Assembly (NCBI GenBank): GCA_016199625.1
Contig: JACQGI010000039.1
Span: 2,379-66,378 of the forward strand
DNA from: Acidobacteriota bacterium
Lineage (GTDB): Bacteria > Acidobacteriota > Vicinamibacteria > Fen-336
Direction of reading: 5' to 3'
Length of the DNA: 64,000 bases
This document shows positions 46,186-55,916 of the stretch, one piece after another. Position numbers and translations under genes: made by a program. A model generated the notes under the pieces. It did no database searches and had not been told where the DNA came from. It worked only from the letters and a program-made list of their open reading frames with translations. Each line of letters opens with the position of its first letter. Within the stretch, counting starts at the first letter, position 1.

Positions 46186-47769
46186 TCAGGGTCCCGCTGC
46201 GCGGGGCTGCGGGCGGACGTCGTAGAGGACGTAGTCGCCGCGATCGTGGGCCACGGGGTAAGGAAGCTCCAGGCGTGGCGTGCGGGCGCGGTCGACGAGC
46301 ACGTGGGTGACGCGCCAGCGCTGCAGGATGGCCCCCCGCGTCGCGAGATCCGCGCGCGGGTCCAGGAAGCGATCGACGTCCAGCACGCGCTGCCAGCCAC
46401 CCGCCGCCACCAGGAAGAGGTCGGGGTGCTGGGGTGCGACGACCTTGCGCCCGGCGAGTCCCGCGACGCCGTTGGCCGTGTCGCGGTCCGCGAGGACCAC
46501 GGCATCCTCCGGGGTGAGGCGTGCCACGAAGGCCAGGTCGGGCCTCTCCTGGCCGAGGAGCCAGCGCACACGTGCCCCCATCGAGAGGGCGCCGGCGGCG
46601 AGGAGTCCCACGGCCAGAGCACGCCCCCACCGGCCCCGCGCCCACGCGAGGTCGAGGAGGACCGCGGCGCCGATCTGCAGCGGGAGCGCCGCGAAGAAGA
46701 CGAAGCGCTCCCGCAGCGGGAGCACCGGGCAGAGGGCCAGCGCGACGTCCACGGCGAACCAGGCGACGAGGAAGGCGCGTCCGGACCCCGATACCAGCAC
46801 CGCTCCCACCAGGCCGAAGACGGCCGGCCCCAGGACGGCCACGAGCGGGACCACGAACGCCGCGGGATCGAGGGCTAGGGCGGCGCTGCTGACGAGGGCG
46901 GCCCCGCCTGCCGGCGGCACGCTCACGAGGCCTCCGGGGGCGGTCTGGCGCAGGCCGGGGTGGGCCGCGGCCTCGAGCAGGCCCAGGACAGGGTAATACG
47001 GCCACAGCGCCGCGAGGGCCAGGCCGGCCACGGGCAACCCGACGAGGAAGGCGGTCCGCGGCGCGCTCGCGGTGCGCCGGGCGAGGCCGACCCCCCCGAG
47101 TGTGACCAGGGCCGCCGCCAGGGCGAGAGCCGTCAAGGGGTGCGTGGCCACGAGGGCCGCCGTGAGCGCCACGGCGGCCGCGAGGGCGTGCGGTCGCGGC
47201 AGGCCCCGCTCGCCTCCGGGCGGAGGGAGGACGAGGCGCAGCACGAGGAGGAACAGCACCAGGCCGGCCTGGTGCGGGTAGAAGAAGTTCTGGGCGTCGG
47301 CGAGGGACGTCGTCCCCGGCCATCGCCAGGACGGCCACGAGATCGTGGCTCCGGGCCACGGTCCCCAGAGCAGCACCGCCGCGAGCAGGGACCATTGAGC
47401 CGCTCCCTCGCCGGCGAGTCGCGCCGTCGTGGCGCGCAGCGCGAGGGCGAACGCCAGGAGGTTGGCGAGGCCCGCAGCGTAGAGCAGATGGAGGGGATCC
47501 GTCCCCGTGAGGCGCGCCATGGCCCCCAGGAGGACGAGGTAGGGGCCGTAGTGACCCTGGGGGAGCCCCTCGTGCACGACGAGGTTGTGTTTCGGAGGGA
47601 ACTCGCCTTTGGCCAGCTCGCGAACCGCGGCCATGTGGTGCATGGCGTCGGTTCCGAGCCCGGCGCGCAACGGTGCATCGGCGTAGTACAGGGCCGCCAG
47701 GGAGACGCCGGCGAGGGCGACGCAAGCGGGGTAGAGCCCGTCGGTTCGCGAGGGACGGCCCGGCTTCAC
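46186..47769 (-). CDS. Polytopic integral membrane protein with a C-terminal soluble domain (possible ArnT/PMT-like glycosyltransferase; function uncertain).
   Basis: More than 10 hydrophobic helices. GTG start at 47769 overlaps the upstream EAL gene stop (GTGA). The family assignment is a guess. Confidence 0.5.
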   Translation of the reverse strand: MKPGRPSRTDGLYPACVALAGVSLAALYYADAPLRAGLGTDAMHHMAAVRELAKGEFPPKHNLVVHEGLPQGHYGPYLVLLGAMARLTGTDPLHLLYAAGLANLLAFALALRATTARLAGEGAAQWSLLAAVLLWGPWPGATISWPSWRWPGTTSLADAQNFFYPHQAGLVLFLLVLRLVLPPPGGERGLPRPHALAAAVALTAALVATHPLTALALAAALVTLGGVGLARRTASAPRTAFLVGLPVAGLALAALWPYYPVLGLLEAAAHPGLRQTAPGGLVSVPPAGGAALVSSAALALDPAAFVVPLVAVLGPAVFGLVGAVLVSGSGRAFLVAWFAVDVALALCPVLPLRERFVFFAALPLQIGAAVLLDLAWARGRWGRALAVGLLAAGALSMGARVRWLLGQERPDLAFVARLTPEDAVVLADRDTANGVAGLAGRKVVAPQHPDLFLVAAGGWQRVLDVDRFLDPRADLATRGAILQRWRVTHVLVDRARTPRLELPYPVAHDRGDYVLYDVRPQPRAAGP

Positions 47770-48995
47770 TCGGGGCCGGGGTCGGGCCGCGCCAGATAGA
47801 AGCCCTGGCCATAGTCGACCCCCATGGACTGCAGCGCCCGGCACTCCTCCTCGGTCTGGATCCCCTCGGCGATGACCGTGGCGCCGATGCCGTGGCCGAG
47901 GGAGATGATGGCCTTGACCATCTCCCGGTTGACCACGCTCGAGTGCACGTCCCGGATGAGCGAGGTGTCGATCTTGAGGAAATGGGGCTTGAGCCGCGCG
48001 ATGGCCTCGAGGCCGGAGTAACCCGCGCCCACGTCGTCGACGGCGAAGGACATCCCGAGGTCGGTGAAGTAGGCCATGGTCTCGCGGAAGAGGCCGTAGT
48101 TCTCGATGACGAGCTTCTCGGTGATCTCGATGACGATCCTGTCGGGGGAGACCTGGGCCCGGTCGAGGAACTCGATGAGGGGCCGGCCCCGGAACTGCGG
48201 ATCGCGGATCGTGGCCGGCAGCGTGTTCACGAAGAGTCGCGCGTTCGAAGGCACCCGTCCCGACGAGAGCAGGGCTCGAGCGCGGCAGAGCCGGTCCAGC
48301 TCCACCATGAGGCCGTGCTCTTCGGCGGCTCCGAAGAGCCCATCGGCCGTCTCGAGGCCCGTGCCGCGCGCCCCACGGGACAGGGCCTCGAAGCCCAGCA
48401 CGGTGCGGTCCTTCATGAGGAGGATGGGCTGGTAAGCCGTCACCACACGCTCCCGCACGATGAGGTCCTGCAGCCGCTCCCGGACCTGGATCTCCTCGGT
48501 CTTCCGGTGATGGCCGGCCTGGTCCAGTGCGCTCCGGAAGGCCTGGCTCACGATGCGGTCCGTCCCGACCAGGGGGTTGTAGAGGGCGATGGCGTAGCCG
48601 AGGTCGATCCGCGGCGGCGTCTTGAGGTAGGGGAACGCCGTGCGCGCCACGTTCGGCGCGAGGGACGTCAGCAGGCGCGTCCAGACGGCCCTGAGGTCGG
48701 TGAGGGACAGCGAGAGGTTCTTCCGGCGCTTGCGCTCGAGGAAGATCAGGAGCCGGAGCCCACGGGGCTCGTCGAGGGCGAGGATGTCTCCGCCGCGGAA
48801 GTCCTTGCCGCGCTGTTCCCGGAGCAGCTTGAAGAGGCGCTGGCGCACCTCCTCGTAGGCCTCGGACCCGTACGTGGACTCTACTATTCCGAGGGACGAC
48901 GCGTCCATGATGACGAGCCCGAGGTTGCCCCGCTCGGCGAGCTGCGCCTGGAGCTCCGGGACGCGCTCATGGTAGGTGGGGACCGGCTCGGTCAT
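47766..48995 (-). CDS. EAL-domain c-di-GMP phosphodiesterase with a degenerate GGDEF-like N-domain (paralog B).
   Basis: YQPIL, EAL(SR), NARLFVN, EITE, DDVGAGYSGL and KIDTSLIR motifs. ATG at 48995 overlaps the stop of paralog A (ATGA). Confidence 0.8.
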   Translation of the reverse strand: MTEPVPTYHERVPELQAQLAERGNLGLVIMDASSLGIVESTYGSEAYEEVRQRLFKLLREQRGKDFRGGDILALDEPRGLRLLIFLERKRRKNLSLSLTDLRAVWTRLLTSLAPNVARTAFPYLKTPPRIDLGYAIALYNPLVGTDRIVSQAFRSALDQAGHHRKTEEIQVRERLQDLIVRERVVTAYQPILLMKDRTVLGFEALSRGARGTGLETADGLFGAAEEHGLMVELDRLCRARALLSSGRVPSNARLFVNTLPATIRDPQFRGRPLIEFLDRAQVSPDRIVIEITEKLVIENYGLFRETMAYFTDLGMSFAVDDVGAGYSGLEAIARLKPHFLKIDTSLIRDVHSSVVNREMVKAIISLGHGIGATVIAEGIQTEEECRALQSMGVDYGQGFYLARPDPGPE

Positions 48996-50326
48996 GCGGC
49001 CCCGTCCACGGGCACGAGCACCGGCGGGGCGAGGTACCGCCCCTGCCCCAGCTTCACTCCCATGTCGCGGAGGGTCCTGAACTCGGACTCGGCCTCGATC
49101 CCCTCGGCGATGACCTCTGCGCCGATCTTCTCCGAGAGCTCCACGAGGGTCTCGAGGAGGCTGCGCTTGATGAGGCTGCGATCGATGTTCCGCACGAGCG
49201 AGATGTCGAACTTGAGGTAGTCGGGCTCGATCTCGACCACCGCCTGCAGGCTCGAATAACCGGCCCCCATGTCGTCGATGGCGATGCCGAAGCCCTCGGC
49301 CTTGAGGGTGCGCAGGACCTCCTGGTACGCCTGGCGCTCCCCGACGGCCACGCGTTCGGTGATCTCGAGGATCACGTCGGCGTGGTCGAGCCCCTGGCGC
49401 TCGACCTCCTCGATGAACCCCGGGCCGGCGACCTCGGGGTCCCGCAAAGCCCCCGCAGAGGTGTTCAGGAAGAGTTTGTTGCCCCTCCGGAGGTGCCGGC
49501 GAGCCGAGGCGAGGGCCCGGCTCCGGCAGAGGCGCTCGAAGTCCACCAGCCGGCCGGTGCGCTCCGCGAGGACGAACAGGCCCTCGGCGTCCTCGAAGGC
49601 GCTCCCCGCGGGGCCGCGGGTGAACACCTCGTGGCCCAGGACCGTGAGGTTCCGGAGGTCGAGGATGGGCTGGTACAGGGTGACCACCTGTCGGCTCCGG
49701 ATCAGGTCGTCCAGGCTCTGGGCCCGCCGGTCCTCCTCGCGGCTCCGATCCTTGAGGCACATGAACATGGCCTCGTCCAGCGCGCGGTGCACCGATCGCT
49801 CCGCGCGGAGCATCGGGTCGCGGTAGAGGAGAGCGTGGCCCTCGTGGAAGAGCAGCGGCACCGGGATGCCGTCGGGGAGGTGGCGGGGCAGCAGCGTGTC
49901 GAGGCGCTCGCGGAGCCGCGCGGCGAGGGCGTCCACGCCGGGGCGGTCCAGGGCGGCGGGGCCGGGGCCTCCGGCGCAGAGCAGGAACTTGTCGCCCCGC
50001 ACCGCGAGGACGGCGATGATGTCACGGGGGCCGAGCAGGCCTTCGGGGCGCAGGGCACCCAGGGCCTGCGAGAAGCCCCGCACGACCTCGTCGTAGGCGT
50101 GCCAGCCGTGTAGGGACTCGATGGGCGCGTTGGCCCCGAGGTCGAGGTACACGAGGCCGAGGGTGCCCCGCTCCTCGACCAGGCGCCGGACGTCGTCGAG
50201 GACGGCGGCCAGGGTCGGAAGCTCCGTGTTGGTGTCGAAGACGTGGTTCTTGAAGCGCAGCCACTCGCCGCGGAGCCTGAAGTATTCCTGCTCCTCCGGG
50301 CCGGTGCGCGCCATGGCCATGCTCAC
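48992..50326 (-). CDS. EAL-domain c-di-GMP phosphodiesterase with a degenerate GGDEF-like N-domain (paralog A).
   Basis: YQPIL, EVF(TRG), NKLFLNTS, EITE, DDMGAGYSSL and KFDISLVR motifs. The start overlaps the receiver gene stop. Confidence 0.8.
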   Translation of the reverse strand: MSMAMARTGPEEQEYFRLRGEWLRFKNHVFDTNTELPTLAAVLDDVRRLVEERGTLGLVYLDLGANAPIESLHGWHAYDEVVRGFSQALGALRPEGLLGPRDIIAVLAVRGDKFLLCAGGPGPAALDRPGVDALAARLRERLDTLLPRHLPDGIPVPLLFHEGHALLYRDPMLRAERSVHRALDEAMFMCLKDRSREEDRRAQSLDDLIRSRQVVTLYQPILDLRNLTVLGHEVFTRGPAGSAFEDAEGLFVLAERTGRLVDFERLCRSRALASARRHLRRGNKLFLNTSAGALRDPEVAGPGFIEEVERQGLDHADVILEITERVAVGERQAYQEVLRTLKAEGFGIAIDDMGAGYSSLQAVVEIEPDYLKFDISLVRNIDRSLIKRSLLETLVELSEKIGAEVIAEGIEAESEFRTLRDMGVKLGQGRYLAPPVLVPVDGAA

Positions 50327-50718
50327 GAGGCCGTCTTGCCGCCCGCGTCCATCTGGGCGAAGATCGCCTCGATCTTGCCGAGCAGCTCCTGGAGGGAGAA
50401 CGGCTTGCAGATGTAGTCGATGGCTCCTTCCTGGAGCCCCTGGACGCGGTCCTTGGCCTCGGTGCGGGCCGAGAGCATCGCCACGGGGATGTGGGCGGTC
50501 TCCTCGTCCACGCGGAGGAGCTTCAGGACCTCCCAGCCGTCCATCTGGGGCATCATGATGTCCAGGAGCACGAGGTCCGGTCTCTCGAGCTGCGCCCGCG
50601 TGAGCGCCTCGTGACCCCCGGAGGCCGTGACGACCTCGTAGCCCTTCTCGCGCAGCACCAGCTCCAGGAAGTGGAGGATGTCGTCTTCGTCGTCAACGAC
50701 CAGGATCTTCTTCTTCAT
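50323..50718 (-). CDS. Single-domain response regulator (CheY-like receiver, 131 aa).
   Basis: MKKKILVVDDEDDIL...LVLLDIMMPQMDG...KPF. ATG at 50718 overlaps the kinase stop. Confidence 0.85.
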   Translation of the reverse strand: MKKKILVVDDEDDILHFLELVLREKGYEVVTASGGHEALTRAQLERPDLVLLDIMMPQMDGWEVLKLLRVDEETAHIPVAMLSARTEAKDRVQGLQEGAIDYICKPFSLQELLGKIEAIFAQMDAGGKTAS

Positions 50719-53057
50719 AGTGCCGCCGGCCCCGTTCCCTCCGCAGTTGCGCCGATGTGGCGTCGGACCTCGGTGATGAGGGCTCGGACCTCGAAGGGCT
50801 TGCTCATGTACTTCCGGGCCCCGAGCGCCAGCCCCTTCTGCGCGTCCACGTCGTCGCCGCGCGCCGTCAGGACCACCACGGGGATCCCCGCGGTGGCCTC
50901 GTTGCGGCCCATGGCCTCCAGAACCTCGAACCCCGACAGCTCCGGCATCATGATGTCCAGAAGGATGAGGTCGGGACGCTGCCGTGCCATGACGTCCAGG
51001 GCCTGCCGGCCGTCGTAGGCCACGAGGACCCGGAACCCCTCGGTGCGCAGCGTGTCCCGGATGAAGTCCACGGTGTCGGTCTCGTCGTCCACCACGAGGA
51101 CCGTCGGCTCGCGGCCGGCGGAGCCGTTCAAGAGACGCTTCACCCTCGAGACGATCGAGAGGCGGTCCACCGGCTTCATGAGGCACTCCGCTGCGCCGAG
51201 GGAGAGGGCTTTCGGACTGTCGTTGGCGATGGAGACCACGAGGACGGGGATGCCGCGGGTGCCCGGATCCTCCTTCAGCGAGCGGAGGAGGTCGAGGCCG
51301 CTGCGGTCGGGGAGGAGCAGGTCGAGGAGGATGACGTCGGGGTGCCGGCGGGACGCGATCTCGGCCCCCTCGCCGGCCGTCATGGCCGTGAGGACCGAAA
51401 AGCCCTCCTCCTCGAGGTAGGTCCTCATCACCCGGAGGAAATCGGGCTCGTCGTCCACGACGAGGACGACGCCCTGGGGTCCCTTGCCGTGGCTGCGCTC
51501 TTCGCGGCTCACGGCCTGGCCCTTCTCCTGGACGGGCAGGGGGAAGTGGAAAGCTGTCCCGCGTCCCTCCTCGCTCTCCACGGCGATGGCGCTCCCGTGG
51601 GCGTCGAGGATGCTCTTGACGATCGCGAGGCCCAGCCCGACGCCGCCGAAACGCCTCGTGGTCGAGCCGTCCACCTGGTGGAAACGGTTGAAGATCTTCC
51701 CGATCTGGTCGCGGGGGATCCCGATACCCGTGTCCACCACGCTGATCGCGGCGGAAGCCCGCCCGGTGGCCACGACTCGCTGCGCCGAGACAGTGATGTG
51801 GCCCCCTTCCGGTGTGAACTTGAGGGCGTTGATGACCAGGTTCTCGATGACCTGGGAGATCTTCTCCCGATCCGCGATGACCGGGGGCAAGTCGGCCGCG
51901 ATCTGCGACCGGAACGTCAAGCCCTTCTTCTCCAGCTCGGACCTCAGCGTCGTGAGGATCTGGTCCACGAGTTGGGCGAGGGAGAAGGGCTGGATGTTGA
52001 GGACGATGCGCCCCACGTCCATCCGCGAGAAGTCGAGGAGCGCGTTGATGGACTTCGAGAGGCGCTCGAGGTTCCTCTGCACGACCACGAGGCCCTTCTC
52101 CTGCTTATCGGTGATGACGCCGAGCTTGCGGTCCAGGATGTAGTCCGTGTACCCCTTGATGGCGGTGAGGGGCGTGCGCAGCTCGTGGCTGACGTTGGCG
52201 AGGAGGTCGGACTTCATCCGGTCGAGCTCCTTCAGTTCCTCGTTGACCATGGCCAGCTTCTTGTTGGATTCCTCGAGCTGCTCGACGTTCTCTTTGAGCC
52301 GCTCGGTCATGTAGTTGAAGGCCTCGGCGAGGATCTGCAGCTCGTCTCCAGAGCGGATGGAGAGCCGTCGGTCGAAGTGGCCCTCGGCGATGGACTGGGC
52401 GCCCCGGGTGAGCTCCTCGAGGGGCCGCGTGATGCGCGTGGCCAGAGCCACCGCCACCAGCACCGAGGCCAGGATCGAGAGGAGGGTCAGGCCCCCGGTG
52501 GCGTAGATCAGCTTCTCGATGTTGGGGCGGAGGTTCTTGTAGGAGACGTGGTACGAGACCGAGAGCCGGTGGCGTCCCCAATCCTCGATGTAGGGGGCGA
52601 TGATCTCGAGGGTCTCGGTCCCGGCCGGGTCCCGTCCCCGGATCGTCGTGGGCTCGAGGCGCTTGATGGCCTCCAGGCGCTCGGCGTCCTCCACCCACCG
52701 CTCGGCTGCGGCCCCCTCGCCGTGGGGGCTGGCCTCGTCGAGCTCCGTGGAGTCGAAGAGGATCTTCCCGTTCACGTTGATGATGAGGATCCGCTCCACG
52801 TCCTCTTCGAGACGGAGATGGTCCCGCATGAGCTCCCGGAACTTGTAGAAGCCCGAGGCGTAGTAGGTCTCGTAGCCGACGCAGATGGGGGTGCGGGTGA
52901 GCAGCGCGAAGAGGTAGGCCCGGTTCTCGATGTCCCGGCGCAGCTCCTTCCGCTTGGTGAGGATCAGGTAGACGGCGTTGGCCACCAGGATGACGACGAT
53001 TACCGACGCGATGGCGAGCGCCGTGCGCGTCTTGAGGCTGTTGAGCCTGAGGGCCAT
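50715..53057 (-). CDS. Hybrid sensor histidine kinase (sensor - HAMP - HisKA - HATPase - REC - REC).
   Basis: H-box LANVSHELRTPLTAIKGY. N, G1 and G2 boxes. Two receiver domains (VVLVVDDEPDF...LLDLLLPD and VLVVDDETDT...LLDIMMPE). ATG at 53057 with an N-terminal TM segment. Confidence 0.85.
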   Translation of the reverse strand: MALRLNSLKTRTALAIASVIVVILVANAVYLILTKRKELRRDIENRAYLFALLTRTPICVGYETYYASGFYKFRELMRDHLRLEEDVERILIINVNGKILFDSTELDEASPHGEGAAAERWVEDAERLEAIKRLEPTTIRGRDPAGTETLEIIAPYIEDWGRHRLSVSYHVSYKNLRPNIEKLIYATGGLTLLSILASVLVAVALATRITRPLEELTRGAQSIAEGHFDRRLSIRSGDELQILAEAFNYMTERLKENVEQLEESNKKLAMVNEELKELDRMKSDLLANVSHELRTPLTAIKGYTDYILDRKLGVITDKQEKGLVVVQRNLERLSKSINALLDFSRMDVGRIVLNIQPFSLAQLVDQILTTLRSELEKKGLTFRSQIAADLPPVIADREKISQVIENLVINALKFTPEGGHITVSAQRVVATGRASAAISVVDTGIGIPRDQIGKIFNRFHQVDGSTTRRFGGVGLGLAIVKSILDAHGSAIAVESEEGRGTAFHFPLPVQEKGQAVSREERSHGKGPQGVVLVVDDEPDFLRVMRTYLEEEGFSVLTAMTAGEGAEIASRRHPDVILLDLLLPDRSGLDLLRSLKEDPGTRGIPVLVVSIANDSPKALSLGAAECLMKPVDRLSIVSRVKRLLNGSAGREPTVLVVDDETDTVDFIRDTLRTEGFRVLVAYDGRQALDVMARQRPDLILLDIMMPELSGFEVLEAMGRNEATAGIPVVVLTARGDDVDAQKGLALGARKYMSKPFEVRALITEVRRHIGATAEGTGPAAL

Positions 53058-53205
53058 GGCCAGCCTTGAACCACCGGCGCGCGCGCCCCCCCAATTCTCC
53101 GGATCCGAAGGCGGGTGGCCGAGGCGACTCGGATGATAGCCGGTTCCCCGGTGCCGCACAAACCCCCGGCACCGGCTAGAATACCAGCCCCGCGGAGGTT
53201 CGCCC

Positions 53206-54225
53206 TTGCCCATCCTGGCCCGGTTCCTCAAGGACCGGGGCATCGTCACCGAGAGGCAGCTCGAGGAGGCGATCCAGCACCAGGTGCTCTACGGGGGCCG
53301 CCTGGGGACCAGCCTCTACGAGCTGGGCTTCATCACCGAAGAGCGCCTGCAGGAAGCCCTGGGACGCGTCCACGGCGTGCCCACGACCGCCGTGGACCTG
53401 CGGGAGGTGCAGCAGGAGGCCGTGGCCCTGGTCCCCAAGGTGCTGGCGGCCAAGCACAAGGTCTTCCCATACCGCATCCGCGGCAAGACCCTCGACCTGC
53501 TGATGGTGGACCCGCAGGACCACGCCACCGTCGCCAAGGTGGGCTACTCCATCGGCTACATCGTCCGGCCGCTGGTCGTCCCCGAGTTTCGGATGATCCA
53601 GCTCCTCAAGGACTACTACGGCGTGGACGAGCGCTGGCGGTTCAGCGACACCCACCGGCCCGCCGCGCCAGCCGCGGCGCCCCTCGAGGCGTTGGCGCCG
53701 GAGAGTGCAGCGGCACGGATCGAATCCGCCACGACCCGCGACGAGGTCGTGGAGGCGCTGCTGGCCCTCTGCGCCCGGACGTTCCGGCGGGTCGTCTTTT
53801 TCATCGTGCGTGAGCCCTGGGTCATCGGCTGGAGCGGCGCCGGCGAGGGCATGGACCGGGCCCTGGCGTCGAGCCTCCGCATCCCCCTGGACCAGCCGTC
53901 GGTCTTCCAGACGGTCACGCGGGACAAGACCGTGTTCGTGGGACGCTTCGGCCCCGAGGAGGAGAACCAGCGCTTCCTGAAGGCCGTGGGCAAGCGGCCC
54001 ACGACCAACGCCGCGCTCTTCCCCCTCGCCGTGAAGGGGCGGGTGGTGAATCTGGTCTACGGCGACGCCGGCGCCACGGGGAACGTCAAGGCCAACCTCG
54101 GGGACCTCATGGTCGACGTGCAGAAGGTCCCCCGGGCGTATCTGAGGATCATCCGCCGGAGGATCGCGGAGACCCGCAAGGCCGCAGGCGTCGCCCCCGA
54201 AGGTGCGGAAGACGGCGAAGACTAG
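53206..54225 (+). CDS. T2SSE_N (GspE/PilB N-terminal)-domain protein with a C-terminal DUF4388-like region.
   Basis: ARFLKDRGIVTERQLEEAIQHQ...GGRLGTSLYELGFITEERLQEAL matches the GSPII_E_N pattern. TTG start preceded by GGAGG. Confidence 0.55.
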   Translation: MPILARFLKDRGIVTERQLEEAIQHQVLYGGRLGTSLYELGFITEERLQEALGRVHGVPTTAVDLREVQQEAVALVPKVLAAKHKVFPYRIRGKTLDLLMVDPQDHATVAKVGYSIGYIVRPLVVPEFRMIQLLKDYYGVDERWRFSDTHRPAAPAAAPLEALAPESAAARIESATTRDEVVEALLALCARTFRRVVFFIVREPWVIGWSGAGEGMDRALASSLRIPLDQPSVFQTVTRDKTVFVGRFGPEEENQRFLKAVGKRPTTNAALFPLAVKGRVVNLVYGDAGATGNVKANLGDLMVDVQKVPRAYLRIIRRRIAETRKAAGVAPEGAEDGED

Positions 54226-54524
54226 GGTGTTCCGCCCCGGAACCACCGGGCGAGGGCGTACAGGACGAACACGAGACCCACGGTCAGGAGGCTCGACCAG
54301 GCCAGCCAGGCCGTGAGCCGGCGCTGCTGGGTCTCGTCCCAGGGTACCTCGACACGGCGTCGCGTCTCGGGCCGACCCGCGATCTCCACCTCGTAGGCCG
54401 CCGCGCCGCCCCGTCCCTCCAGCGGCCGGCTGCGCACGATCGCGGCGCACGCGGGGCACCGCGTGAGGGCGACCTCGAGGCTGCGATCCAGCACGGCGCC
54501 ACAGCCCGGGCAGGCGAACGGCAC
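54222..54524 (-). CDS. Small zinc-ribbon protein with a C-terminal TM helix (hypothetical).
   Basis: CPGCGAVLDRSLEVALTRCPACAAIV ribbon and the LTAWLAWSSLLTVGLVFVLYALARWF helix. Third-position GC is very high. GTG start. It is the tail of the long antisense track ORF 54222..55727. Confidence 0.35.
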   Translation of the reverse strand: MPFACPGCGAVLDRSLEVALTRCPACAAIVRSRPLEGRGGAAAYEVEIAGRPETRRRVEVPWDETQQRRLTAWLAWSSLLTVGLVFVLYALARWFRGGTP

Positions 54525-54569
54525 CCCCGGAGTATAGTGCCGGCGTGGCGTGGTAGGATCCGGCTCCGT

Positions 54570-55916
54570 ATGCGAGCCCACGCTTGGTTGTCCGCCACGC
54601 TGCTGCTGTCCGCCCCTGCGGCCGGTGGCCCCATCCTCGAGGAGCGCGACCGGGCGCTCTCGGCGCGCGGAGGAAGCCGGCACGTCTTCGTGGTCATGCT
54701 GGACGGGACGCGGCCCGATGCCTTGCGCCGCGCCCAGGCACCGGCCCTCCAGGGCCTGGCCGCCGCCGGCGTGACCTACCTGCAGGCCCGCACGCAGTAT
54801 CCCTCCCAGACGCGCGTCTCCTTCGTGACGCTGCCCACGGGGTCCTACCCCGACGGCCACGGCATCGTCGGCGGCGACGAGTACAAGGACGAGTCGTGGA
54901 ACACACAGTCCCTGGGGGCGACCGGAGACCCCGTCCCCGCCCAAGCCCTCGTCCGTCGGCCCACGATGTTCGAGGAGCTGACCGCCGCGGGCCTCACCTC
55001 CCTCTACGCAGCCATGAAGGGCTACGAGCTCGTGGGGGCGCGCGGCGCGACGTGGACCATCAACGGCAAGAACACGCTGGATGCCACGGCCTACGCGACA
55101 CGCTACCAGGCCGAGGTGGCCGGGAGCGCCGATCTCGCCCTGGGCTACAAGCTGCTCCTCGGCCGTCAGCTCCTGGACCAGACCCTCGAGATCGTCCGTC
55201 GCGAGCGCCCGAGCCTGGTCGTCGTCAACCTCGGGTCGGGGGACTACGCCGCCCACTCCTTCGGCCCCGACGACCCGCGCTACCTGCGCGCCCTCGAGTA
55301 CGGCGACGCCCTCCTGGGCGACCTCGTGAAGGCCGTGGAGGCACTCGGGATCCGGGACCGCTCGGTCTTCGTGATCTCCGCCGACCACGGCTTCACGCAG
55401 GTGGACGGCCGGCGGGTGGTAGCCCCGAAGTCCGATCACGACGGCCATCGTCTCGAGGTCCTCGCCGCACGGGGCATCGAGCACTTCGTCACCAACGCCG
55501 GCGGTGCCGCCATGGGGGTCTACGTCCGGGACCGCGCCCGCCTCGTCGAGGCGGCGAGCGCCCTGCGCGGCGAGACGTGGTGCGCCTCTCTCTACTGCGA
55601 GGACCCCAAGGCGGGCTGCGACCGCAGCCTGCGCTCGCTCCGCGCCTACTTCCCGGGGCGCTCCCCCGACCTCATGGTGGACCTCGACGACGACTACGCC
55701 CTCAACTACGCCCAGGCCGGCCAGCACGGCAGCCTGCGCGACGAGGACATGAACATCCCCCTCGTCCTCTCCGGAGCCGGCGTGGCCCAGGGGAAGGTCC
55801 TTGGCAAGGCGAGCCTCGTGGACGTCGCGCCGACCGTGCTGCGCCTCCTCGGGCTCACGCCGAAGCTCCTGCGGGCCGACGGGCGGGTCCTCGAGGAGGC
55901 TCTCGTGGCGCCGTGA
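54570..55916 (+). CDS. Secreted alkaline-phosphatase-superfamily enzyme (nucleotide pyrophosphatase/phosphodiesterase, ENPP-like).
   Basis: Signal peptide MRAHAWLSATLLLSAPAAG. HVFVVMLDGTRPDAL with a metal/Thr nucleophile region. SADHGF. Confidence 0.7.
   Translation: MRAHAWLSATLLLSAPAAGGPILEERDRALSARGGSRHVFVVMLDGTRPDALRRAQAPALQGLAAAGVTYLQARTQYPSQTRVSFVTLPTGSYPDGHGIVGGDEYKDESWNTQSLGATGDPVPAQALVRRPTMFEELTAAGLTSLYAAMKGYELVGARGATWTINGKNTLDATAYATRYQAEVAGSADLALGYKLLLGRQLLDQTLEIVRRERPSLVVVNLGSGDYAAHSFGPDDPRYLRALEYGDALLGDLVKAVEALGIRDRSVFVISADHGFTQVDGRRVVAPKSDHDGHRLEVLAARGIEHFVTNAGGAAMGVYVRDRARLVEAASALRGETWCASLYCEDPKAGCDRSLRSLRAYFPGRSPDLMVDLDDDYALNYAQAGQHGSLRDEDMNIPLVLSGAGVAQGKVLGKASLVDVAPTVLRLLGLTPKLLRADGRVLEEALVAP

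Noticed and set aside
50757-53069. 770-aa + strand ORF opposite the hybrid histidine kinase.
   Set aside because: It is antisense to a kinase with H, N, G1 and G2 boxes and two receiver domains.
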